Notes under the pieces: model-generated
The model's database searches: none
What the model was told of the DNA's origin: nothing
Seen by the model: only the letters and a program-made list of their open reading frames with translations
Program-made: the position numbers and the translations under genes
DNA from: Ranitomeya imitator
Lineage: Eukaryota
Assembly: GCF_032444005.1 (NCBI RefSeq)
Contig: NC_091287.1
Span: forward strand, 565,254,001 to 565,318,000
DNA: 64,000 nt
Direction: 5' to 3'
Part shown: in pieces, positions 14,201 through 26,200 of the stretch
Layout of the letters: the number at the start of each line of letters is the position of its first letter
Numbering within the stretch: the first letter of the stretch is position 1

Positions 14201-17200
14201 ACCCGATGCGTTAGAATCGGGCCACCATCTACTTATCTGTATGGAGCATCTTATGGGGCCATGTGCAGCATTATATGGGGCAAATATCTGGAGCATCTTA
14301 TTGGGCCATAATCAACATTTGTGCAGCATTATATGGGGCATATTTTAATATGGAGCATCTTATGGGGCCCATCATGAACTGTATGGAGCATTATATGGGG
14401 CTCCTGATTCAATATGGATTTTCAAAAACACGTAACCTACTGATGTCTCAATTAATTTTACTTTTATTGGTATCTATTTTTATTTTTGACATTTACCGGT
14501 AGCTGCTGCATTTCCCACCCTAGGCTTATACTCGTGTCATTAAGTTTTCCCAGTTTTTTGTGGCAAAATTAGGGGGGTCGGCTTATACTCGGGTCGGCTT
14601 ATACTCTAGTATATACGGTATCTATTATCTGTCTATTTATTATCTACTAGATGGTAGCCCGATTCTAACGCGTCGGGTATTCTAGAATTTGTATGTAGTT
14701 TATTTATGAAGATTTTAGAATAATACATTGATTGAATACACAGGATGCGGCCGGCCGTGACCAATTAGCGAAGCGTGGTTCAAATCCCGCACCAATTCGC
14801 GGCCGGACTGTGCATGTCGCTGATTGCTCACGGCCAGCCACGTAGTACATAGCGCAGCCCACGTAGTACATAGCGCAGCCCACGTAGTACATAGCGCAGC
14901 CCACGCATTATATCCCTGTTATAAAAAAAATAAATAAAAAATAGTGATATACTCGCCTTCCGTCGGCCCCTCGGATCCAGAACAGGCCTTTCCCGCTCCT
15001 CGTGACGCGCCAGTGACCACTCCATGCATTGCGGTCTTGCGAGATGATGACGTAGCGGCCGCGACCAATCAGCGACGCGGGATTTCCGGGACAGACAGAC
15101 AGACGGAAGTGTCCCTTAGATAATAAATATCTACTAGATAATACATAGACAATTATATATCTCTATTTTCCGTATTCTTCAATGGAGTATGTAAATGAAT
15201 AGGTTGGACCGGAAATGATATCACAATTTTTTTTTTTTTTAAGTATGTTAGCTTTATTTAGGTTACAAACACGCAGACAAATCTGCATGAAAAAACGCAG
15301 CAAATCCGCACCTGCTTTTTCTGGCAAGAGAGGGAAGAATCTGAAAATGCCACAGGCAAATCTGCAACGTGTGCACATTCCCTTAGGCTCTGTGCACACG
15401 GTGCGAATTTGGCTGCGGATTCGCAGGGGTTTTCCATGCGGTGCATAGTACCATGTAAACCTATGGAAAACCAAATCCGCTGTGCCCATGGTGCAGAAAA
15501 TACCGCGCAGAAAAGCTGCAGTTTATTTTCCTCAGCATGTCAATTCTTTGTGTGGAATCCGCAGCATTTTACACCTGTTCCATTATAGGAATCCGCAGGT
15601 AAAACGCAGGTGAAATCCACAGGTCATTCTGCAGAATCCAAAACGTGTGCACATACCGTAACTGTCACATCCAGAGCTGCGCTCCCCGTTCGCGTGCCCC
15701 GTCCAGTCTGGATCTCGTTGACGCCCCCTTCCTTACCCACCACCATCTCTTGTCGCCGGCCCCCTTCCATGCCCTCCGCTGTCCCCCTTCCTTGCCCCCT
15801 GCCGGCTCTTGTTTCCCTCCGTGACTCGTCTCTTCTGTCGCCCAGATCCTCGAGAACTTCCAACTCCGAGACGTCTCGTACGACATGAAGACGTCGCGGT
15901 GCCATGAACTCTCCTCCCTGGAGACGCCCGGCCGCGTCCTCACCTTCCAGTTTGATGATGAGCGGGAGGCCCAGCGATGGTGGACGGTGGTGAGCAGCTC
16001 TCTGCGAGAGGCCCAGAGAGGTGAGCCATAGCCGGCTGTGATTGGCTAGGAACTGGTGATGCTCCTCCCCTTTATCCGTCAGTCGCTGCTCTCGTCGTAG
16101 TTTGTGGATGGGGCAGAGATACAGTACAGACCAAAAGTTTGGACACACCTTCTCATTTAAAGACTTTTCTGTATTTTCATGACTATGAAAATTGTAAACG
16201 CATCAAAACTATGAATTAACACATGTGGAATTATATACTTAACAAAAAAGTGTGAAACAACTGAAATTATGTCTTATATTCTAGGTTCTTCAAAGTAACC
16301 ACCTTTTGCTTTGATGACTGCTTTGCACACTATTGGCATTCTCTTGATGAGCTTCAAGAGGTAGTCACCGGGAATGGTTTTCACGTCACAGGTGTGCCCT
16401 GTCAGGTTTAATAAGTGGGATTTATTGCCTTATAAATGGGGTTGGGACCATCAGTTGTGCAGAAGTCTGGTGGATACACAGCTGATAGTCCTACTGAATA
16501 GACTGTTAGAATTTGTATTATGGCAAGAAAAAAGCAGCTGAGTAAAGAAAAAGGAGTGGCCATCATTACTTTAAGAAATGAAGGTCAGTCAGTCCGAAAA
16601 ATTGGGAAAACTTTGAAAGTGTCCCTAAGTGCAGTGGCAAAAACTATCAAGCGCTACAAAGAAGCTGGCTCACATGAGGGCCGCCCCAGGAAAGGAAGAC
16701 CAAGAGTCACCTCTGCTTCTGAGGATAAGTTTATCCGAGTCACCAGCCTCAGAAATCGCAGGTGAACAGCAGCTCAGATTAGAGACCAGGTCAATGCCAC
16801 ACAGCGTTCTAGCAGCAGACACATCTCTACAACAACTGTTAAGAGGAGACTTTGTGCAGCAGGCCTTCATGGTAAAATAGCTGCTAGGAAACCACTGCTA
16901 AGGACAGGCAACAAGCAGAAGAGACTTGTTTGGGCTAAAGAACACAAGGAATGGACATTAGACCAGTGAAAATCTGTGCTTTGGTCTGATGAGTCCAAAT
17001 TTGAGATCTTTGGTTCCAACCACCGTGTCTTTGTGCGATGCAGAAAAGGTGAACGGATGGACTCTACATGCCTGGTTCCCACCGTGAAGCATGGAGGAGG
17101 AGGTGTGATGGTGTCGGGGGGGGGGGGGGGGGTGCTTTGCTGGTGACACTGTTGGATTTATTCAAAATTGAAGGCATACTGAACCAGCATGGCTACCACA

Positions 17201-20200
17201 GCATCTTGCAGCGGCATGCTATTCCATCCGGTTTGCGTTTAGTTGGACCATCATTTATTTTTCAACAGGACAATGACCCCAAACACACCTCAAGGCTGTG
17301 TAAGGGCTATTGACCAGGAAGTAGAGTGATGGGTGCTACGCCAGATGACCCGGCCTCTACAGTCACCAGACCTGAACCCAATCGAGATGGTTTGGGGTGA
17401 GCTGGACCTCAGAGTGAAGGCAAAAGGGCTACAAGTGCTAAGCATCTCTGGGAACTCCTTCAAGATTGTTGGAAGACCATTTCCGGTGACTACCTCTTGA
17501 AGCTCATCAAGAGAATGCCAAGAGTGTGCAAAGCAGTCATCAAAGCAAAAGGTGGCTACTGTGAAGAACCGAGAATATAAGACATAATTTCAGTTGTTTC
17601 ACACTTTTTTGTTAAGTATATAATTCCACATGTGTTAATTCATAGTTTTGATGCCTTCAGTGTGAATGTACAATTTTCATAGCCATAAATTGTAAAATAC
17701 ACAGTACACCCAATAATCGTGAGGATACTAATAATAACTTATTATAATTTAAAATACACGGTAACCAAAACTATCAGGGTGCGCTGTGAGAAAGTGCAGT
17801 GGACGAACCACTGCGAGAGGAGAACCAACAACCAACGTATTACACCATGGAACAAATTAAAGCTAAAACAGACCGAGGCGGGGAATATGAAAAATATATG
17901 GCTTTATTACAAAGCCATAAGAAAATTTAATCAATCCATTATATAAGCAAAAATTACATAAAAAATATAAAATAATTAATAAAGTGCGTACACTGACAGA
18001 TTATATATATGAGAAAAAAGACTACCGTATATATGTATCTCTTTATAGTACTAGAACCACCAACAGGGTAAAATATACGTCTCTAGAAATAAATATTTTA
18101 TAGCTGCACCAGAAGTTTAATAAAGAAAAATATATGTAAAAAAGTATATTAACCCCTTCATGACCCAGCCTATTTTGACCTTAAAGACCTTGCCGTTTTT
18201 TGCAATTCTGACCAGTGTCCCTTTATGAGGTAATAACTCAGGAACGCTTCAACTGATCCTAGCGGTTCTGAGATTGTTTTTTCGTGATATATTGGGCTTC
18301 ATGTTAGTGGTAAATTTAGGTCAATAAATTCTGCTTTTATTTGTGATAAAAACGGAAATTTGGCGAAAATTTTGAAAATTTTGCAATTTTCACATTTTGA
18401 ATTTTTATTCTGTTAAACCAGAGAGATATGTGACACAAAATAGTTAATAAATAACATTTCCCACATGTTTACTTTACATCAGCACAATTTTGGAAACAAA
18501 ATTTTTTTTTGTTAGGAAGTTATAAGGGTTAAAATTTGACCAGCGATTTCTCATTTTTACAACGAAATTTACAAAACCATTTTTTTTAGGGACCACCTCA
18601 CATTTGAAGTCAGTTTGAGGGGTCTATATGGCTGAAAATACCCAAAAGTGACACCATTCTAAAAACTGCACCCCTCAAGGTTCTCAAAACCACATTCAAG
18701 AAGTTTATTAACCCTTCAGGTGCTTCACAGCAGCAGAAGCAACATGGAAGGAAAAAATGAACATTTAACTTTTTAGTCACAAAAATTCTTTTAGCAACAA
18801 TTTTTTTATTTTCCCAATGGTAAAAGGAGAAACTGAACCACGAAAGTTGTTGTCCAATTTGTCCTGAGTACGCTGATACCTCATATGTGGGGGTAAACCA
18901 CTGTTTGGGCGCACGGCAGGGCTTGGAAGGGAAGGAGCGCCATTTGACTTTTTGAATCAAAAATTGGCTCCACTCTTTAGCGGACACCATGTCACGTTTG
19001 GAAAGCCCCCGTGTGCCTAAAAATTGGAGCTCCCCCACAAGTGACCCCATTTTGGAAACTAGACGCCCCAAGGAACTTATCTAGCTGCATAGTGAGCACT
19101 TTGAACCCCCAGGTGCTTCACAAATTGATCCGTAAAAATGAAAAAGTACTTTTTTTTCACAAAAAAATTCTTTTAGCCTCAATTTTTTCATTTTCACATA
19201 GGCAACAGGATAAAATGGATCCTAAAATGTGTTGGGCAATTTCTCCTGAGTACACCGATACTTCACATGTGGGGGTAAACCACTGTTTGGGCACATGGTA
19301 AGGCTCGGAAGGGAAGGAGCGCCATTTGACTTTTTGAATGAAAAATTATTTCCATCGTTAGCGGACACCATGTCGCGTTTGGATAGCTCCTGTGTGCCTA
19401 AACATTGGCGCTCCCCCACAAGTGACCCCATTTTGGAAACTAGACCCCCCAAGGAACTTATTTAGATGCCTAGTGAGCACTTTAAACCCTCAGGTGCTTC
19501 ACAAATTGATCTGTAAAAATGAAAAAGTACTTTTTTTTCACAAAAAAATTCTTTTCGCCTCAATTTTTTCATTTTCACATGGGCAGTAGGATAAAATGGA
19601 TCATAAAATTTGTTGGGCAATTTCTCCCGAGTACGCCGATACCTCATATGTGGGGGTAAACCACTGTTTGGGCACTTGGCAGGGCTCGGAAGGGAAGGCG
19701 CGTCATTTGACTTTTTGAATGGAAAATTAGCTCCAATTGTTAGCGGACACCATGTCGCGTTTGGAGAGCCCCTGTGTGCCTAAACATTGGAGCTCCCCCA
19801 CAAGTGACCCCATTTTGGAAACTAGACCCCCCAAGGAACTTATCTAGATGCATATTGAGCACTTTAAACCCCCAGGTGCTTCACAGAAGTTTATAACGCA
19901 GAGCCATGAAAATAAAAAATAATTTTTCTTTCCTCAAAAATGATTTTTTAGCCTGGAATTTCCTATTTTGCCAAGGATAATAGGAGAAATTGGACCCCAA
20001 ATATTGTTGTCCAGTTTGTCCTGAGTATGCTGATACCCCATATGTGGGGGTAAACCACTGTTTGGGCGCACGGCAGGGCTCGGAAGGGATGGCACGCCAT
20101 TTGGCTTTTTAAATGGAAAATTAGCTCCAATCATTAGCGGACACCATGTCACGTTTGGAGAGCTCCTGTGTGCCTAAACATTGGAGATCCCCCAGAAATG

Positions 20201-23200
20201 ACACCATTTTGGAAACTAGACCCCCAAAGGAACTAATCTAGATGTGTGGTGAGGACTTTGAACCCCCAAGTGCTTCACAGAAGTTTATAACGCAGAGCCA
20301 TGAAAATAAAAAAAAAAATTATTTTCTCAAAAATGATCTTTTAGCCTGCAATTTTTTATTTTCCCAAGGGTAACAGGAGAAATTTGACCCCAAAAGTTGT
20401 TTTCCAGTTTCTCCTGAGTACGCTGATACCCCATATGTGGGGGTAAACCACTGTTTGGGCACATGCCGGGGCTCGGAAGTGAAGTAGTGACGTTTTGAAA
20501 TGCAGACTTTGATGGAATGCTCTGTGGGCGTCACGTTGCGTTTGCAGAGCCCCTGATGTGGCTTAACAGTAGAAACCCCCCACAAGTGACCCCATTTTGG
20601 AAACTAGACCCCCAAAGGAACTTATCTAGATGTGTGGTGAGCACTTTGAACCCCCAAGTGCTTCATAGAAGTTTATAATGCAGAGCCGTGAAAATAATAA
20701 ATACGTTTTCTTTCCTCAAAAATAATTATTTAGCCCAGAATTTTTTATTTTCCCAAGGGTTACAGAAGAAATTGGACCCCAAAAGTTGTTGTCCAGTTTC
20801 TCCTGAGTACGCTGATACCCCATATGAGGGGGTAAACCACTGTTTGGGCACATGCCGGGGCTCAGAAGGGAAGTAGTGACTTTTGAAATGCAGACTTTGA
20901 TGGAATGGTCTACGGGTGTCACGTTGCGTTTGCAGAGCCCCTGGTGTGCCTAAACAGTGGAAACCCCCCACAAGTGACCCCATTTTAGAAACTAGACCCC
21001 CCAAGGAACTTATCTAGATATGTGGTGAGCACTTTGAACCCCCAAGTGCTTCACAGACGTTTACAACGCAGAGCCGTGAAAATAAAAAATCATTTTTCTT
21101 TCCTCAAAAATTATGTTTTAGCAAGCATTTTTTTAGATTCACAAGGGTAACAGGAGAAATTGGACCCCAGTAATTGTTGCGCAGTTTGTCCTGAGTATGC
21201 TGATACCCCATATGTGGGGGTAAACCACTGTTTGGGCACATGCTGGGGCTCGGAAGTGAGGGAGCACCATTTGACTTTTTGAATACGAGATTGGCTGGAA
21301 TCAATGGTGGCGCCATATTGCGTTTGGAGACCCCCTGATGTGCCTAAACAGTGGAAACCCCTCAATTCTACCTCCAACACTAACCCCAACACACCCCTAA
21401 CTCTAATCCCAACTGTAGCCATAACCCTAATCACACCCCTAACCACAACCCTAATTCCAACCCAACCCTAAGGCTATGTGCCCACGTTGCGGATTCGTGT
21501 GAGATATTTCCGCACCATTTTTGAAAAATCCGCGGGTAACAGGCACTGCGTTTTACCTGCGGATTTTCCGCGGATTTCCAGTGTTTTTTGTGCGGATTTC
21601 ACCTGCGGATTCCTATTGAGGAACAGGTGTAAAACGCTGCGGAATCCGCACAAAGAATTGACATGCTGCGGAAAATACAACGCAGCGTTTCCGCGCGGTA
21701 TTTTCCGCACCATGGGCACAGCGGATTTGGTTTTTCATGTGTTTACATGGTACTGTAAACCTGATGGAACACTGCTGCGGATCCGCAGCCAAATCCGCAC
21801 CGTGTGCACATAGCCTAATTCTAAAGGTATGTGCACACGCTGCGGAAAACGCTGCAGATCCGCAGCAGTTTCCCATGAGTTTACAGTTCAATGTGAACCT
21901 ATGGGAACCAAAAATCGCTGTACACATGCTGCAGAAAAACTGCACGGAAACGCAGCGGTTTACATTCCGCAGCATGTCACTTCTTTGTGCGGATTCCGCA
22001 GCGGTTTTACAACTGCTCCAATAGAAAACCGCAGTTGTAAAACCGCAGTGAAATGCGCAGAAAAAAACGCGGTAAATCCGCCATAAATCCGCAGCGGTTT
22101 AGCACTGCGGATTTATCAAATCCGCAGCGGAAAAATCCGCAGAGGACCAGAATACGTGTGCACATCCCGAAGCCCTAGCCCTAACCCTAGCCCTAGCCCT
22201 AACCCTAGCCCTAACCCTACCCCTAAACCCTAACCCTACCCCTAACCCTAACCCTATTCTAACATTAGTGGAAAAAAAAATTTCTTTATTTTTTTATTGT
22301 CCCTACCTATGGGGGTGACAAAGGGGGGGGGTCATTTATTATTTTTTTTATTTTGATCACTGAGATATAACCTATCTCAGTGATCAAAATGCACTTTGGA
22401 ACGAATCTGCCGGCCGGCAGATTCGGCGGGCGCACTGCACATGCGCCTGCCATTTTGGAAGATGGCGGCGCCCAGGGAGAAGATGGACGGGACCCCGGCT
22501 GGATCGGTAAGTATGATGGGGTGGGGGGGGACCACGGGGTGGGGGGGGACCATGGGGGGGGACCACGGGGGGGGGATCGGAGCACGGGGGGGGAATCGGA
22601 GCGCGGGAGGAGTGGAACGGAGCACGGGGGGGTGGAACGGAGCACCGGGAGGGGTGGATCGGAGTGCAGGGGGGGTGATTGGAGCACGGGGGGGTGGAAC
22701 GGAGCACCGGGAGGGGTGGATCGGAGTGCAGGGGGGGTGATTGGAGCACGGGGGGGTGGAACGGAGCACCGGGAGGGGTGGATCGGAGTGCAGGGGGGGT
22801 GATTGGAGCACGGGGGGGTGATTGGAGCACGGGGGGGGGGAGCGGAGCACTGGACGGAGGGGAGCCGGAGCAGTGTACCGGCCAGATCGGGGGGCTGCGG
22901 GGGCGATCGGTGGGGTGGGGGCACATTAGTATTTCCAGCCATGGCCGATGATATTGCAGCATCGGCCATGGCTGGATTGTAATATTTCACCCGTTATAAT
23001 AGGTGAAATATTACAAATCGCTCTGATTGGCAGTTTCACTTTCAACAGCCAATCAGAGCGATCGTAGCCACGAGGGGGTGAAGCCACCCCCCCCTGGGCT
23101 AAACTACCACTCCCCCTGTCCCTGCAGATCGGGTGAAATGGGAGTTAACCCTTTCACCCGGCCTGCAGGGACGCGATCATTCTGTGACACAGCATATGCT

Positions 23201-26200
23201 TCACAGGTCGGATTGGCACCGACTTTCATGACGCCTACGTGGCGTCATGGGTCGGGAAGGGGTTAAAAAGGAATAGGCACAGTATTTTATGTAATAATAT
23301 ATATGGGAAAAAAAAAAGGAAGGGAATGTATGATTGTGTACACAACTGTGTGAATATAGTAAATAAAGTGACAAATGCAACCAAAATACCACGTAGAATT
23401 AGATTATTGGCTAAAAATCTCTATATAAAAAACCAAATACTAATATATGCCACACAATGTGATGTGCAAAATCTGCCAACTAAAGTGACCAAGTGCAATA
23501 CAAAAAAAGAGAAAAAGAGCCAACAAATCTAAAACCAAATTCCTTCTACTATGCTAAATCAGTATCTATTCCAGGGAATATATAAAAAAACTGTGGATGG
23601 AAAAACTCCAACCGGAGTTGTAATGGTGATATAAGTAAAGAGTGCCTGTGCAATGTGATGGTTAAACTATCATGGTGCTCATAATCAGAGACTAAATGGT
23701 GCCACACTAATAGTCGCTGTATACCTGAGGTGGTTCTGCCAGTGTGCGCGCTACCCGACGCGCGTTTCGGAACGTGTGTTCTTTCCTTCTACCCTGTTGG
23801 TGGTTCTAGTACTATAAAGAGATACATATATAGTCTTTTTCTCATATATATAATCTGTCAGTGTACGCACTTTATTAATTATTTTATATTTTTTATGTAA
23901 TTTTTGCTTATATAATGGATTGATTAAATTTTCTTATTGATATGTAATCATAGGCACCCTAGTAATAAAGCCATATATTTTTCATATTCCCCGCCTCGGT
24001 CTGTTTTAGCTTTAATTTGTTCCATGGTGTAATACGTTGGTTGTTAATTTTCATAGCCATGAAAATACAGAAAAGTCTTTAAATGAGAAGGTGTGTCCAA
24101 ACTTTTGGTCTGTACTGTAGCTCGAGCTGAATCCAGTAATGACAGAGTGAGAACCGACTGGGCCGCACCCCGGGAGTCGCCCCTCGTCTGGCGGCTGCTC
24201 CTCAACTTATCGTTCTTTCTGTTTAGTTGCGCAATCACAAACGGAAGTTACCGGGTCAAAGCCAAGAATCCCCCCGGACGCGGCTGCTGCTAAGTCACCG
24301 TCTGCAGAGGACGAGCTGCCGACAAACCTCTGCGCAAAAGGTGAGCAGCGTCCGAGGTGGGGCCGATAATGTCACCTGCAGTCCTATGTAACACCACAGA
24401 TAACACATCGATCACTCTCTGAGTACAGATAATGTAGTAGATGTCACCTGCAGTCCTATGTAACACCACAGATAACACATCGATCACTCTCTGAGTACAG
24501 ATAATGTAGTAGATGTCACCTGCAGTCCTATGTAACACCACAGATAACACAGTGATATCTCTCTGAGTACAGATAATGTAGTAGATGTCACCTGCAGTCC
24601 TATGTAACACCACAGATAACACAGTGATAACTCTCTGAGTACAGATAATGTAGTAGATGTCACTTGCAGTCCTATGTAACACCACAGATAACACAGTGAT
24701 AACTTTCTGAGTACAGATAATGTAGTAGATATCACCTGCAGTCCTATGTAACACCACAGATAACACAGTGATAACTCTCTGAGTACAGATATTGTAGTAG
24801 ATGTCACCTGCAGTCCTATGTAACACCACAGATAACACAGGGATAACTCTCTGAGTACAGATAATGTAGTGATGTCACCTGCAGTCCTATGTAACACCAC
24901 AGATAACACAGTGATAACTCTCTGAGTACAGATAATGTAGTAGATGTCACCTGCAGTCCTATGTAACACCACAGATAACACAGTGATAACTCTCTGAGTA
25001 CAGATAATGCAGTAGATGTCACCTGCAGTCCTATGTAACACCACAGATAACACAGGGATAACTCTCTGAGTACAGATAATGTAGTAGATGTCACCTGCAG
25101 TCCTATGTAACACCACAGATAACACAGTGATAACTCTCGGAGTACAGATAATGTAGTAGATGTCACCGGCAGTCCTATGTAACACCACAGATAACACAGT
25201 GATTACTCTCTGAGTACAGATAATGTAGTAGATGTCACCTGCAGTCCTATGTAACACCACAGATAACACAGTGATATCTCTCTGAGTACAGATAATGTAG
25301 TAGATGTCACCTGCAGTCCTATGTAACACCACAGATAACACAGTGATAACTGAGTACAGATAATGTAGTAGATGTCACCTGCAGTCCTATGTAACACCAC
25401 AGATAACACAGTGATAACTCTCTGAGTACAGATAATGTAGGAGATGTCACCTGCAGTCCTATGTAACACCACAGATAACACATCGATCACTCTCTGAGTA
25501 CAGATAATGTAGTAGATGTCACCTGCAGTCCCATGTAACACCACAGATAACACAGTGATATCTCTCTGAGTACAGATAATGTAGTAGATGTCACCTGCAG
25601 TCCCATGTAACACCACAGATAACACATCGATCACTCTCTGAGTACAGATAATGTAGTAGATGTCACCTGCAGTCCTATGTAACACCACAGATAACACAGT
25701 AATAACTCTCTGAGTACAGATAATGTAGTAGATGTCACCTGCAGTCCTATGTAACACCACAGATAACACATCGATCACTCTCTGAGTACAGATAATGTAG
25801 TAGATGTCACCTGCAGTCCTATGTAACACGACAGATAACACAGTGATAACTCTGAGTACAGATAATGTAGTAGATGTCACCTGCAGTCCCATGTAACACC
25901 ACAGATAACACAGTGATAACTCTGAGTACAGATAATGTAGTAGATGTCACCTGCAGTCCCATGTAACACCACAGATAACACAGTGATAACTCTCTGAGTA
26001 CAGATAATGTAGTAGATGTCACCTGCAGTCCTATGTAACACCACAGATAACACAGTGATAACTCTCTGAGTACAGATAATGTAGTAGATGCCACCTGCAG
26101 TCCCATGTAACACCACAGATAACACAGTGATAACTCTCTGAGTACAGATAATGTAGTAGATGTCACCTGCAGTCCTATGTAACACCACAGATAACACAGT

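Larger units (their letters stand above)
21370..22262 (+). repeat. Telomere-like CCCTAA/CCCTAG tract split by two MITEs (21370-21471, 22170-22262)
   Basis: Direct reading. Confidence 0.75.
18153..23262. mobile_element. Non-autonomous piggyBac-like (TTAA) element with seven ~381-394-bp internal repeats
   Basis: TTAA|CCCCTTCATGACCC ... GGGTCGGGAAGGGG|TTAA; repeat marker at 18866, 19248, 19629, 20023, 20416, 20805, 21193. Confidence 0.82.
17687..24045 (-). mobile_element. Truncated Penelope-like retroelement (pLTR plus inverted partial copy), itself interrupted by a piggyBac-like element
   Basis: 15-bp duplication aattttcatagccat (17672-17686 / 24046-24060); ~250-bp inverted repeat 17826-18070 vs 23789-24045; hammerhead-like GAAACGCGCGTC at 23757-23768. 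Confidence 0.65.
16122..24117 (+). mobile_element. Tc1-like transposon (long TIRs) interrupted in its right TIR by nested insertions
   Basis: TA|CAGTACAGACCAAAAGTTTGGACACACC ... matching inverted end|TA. Confidence 0.92.

Noticed and set aside
9385-14348. Long Pro/Ala/Gly-rich and 7-aa-repeat ORFs (up to 839 aa)
   Set aside because: Stop-free by virtue of the 19-bp and 21-bp units and C-rich TE repeats; open in nearly all frames.
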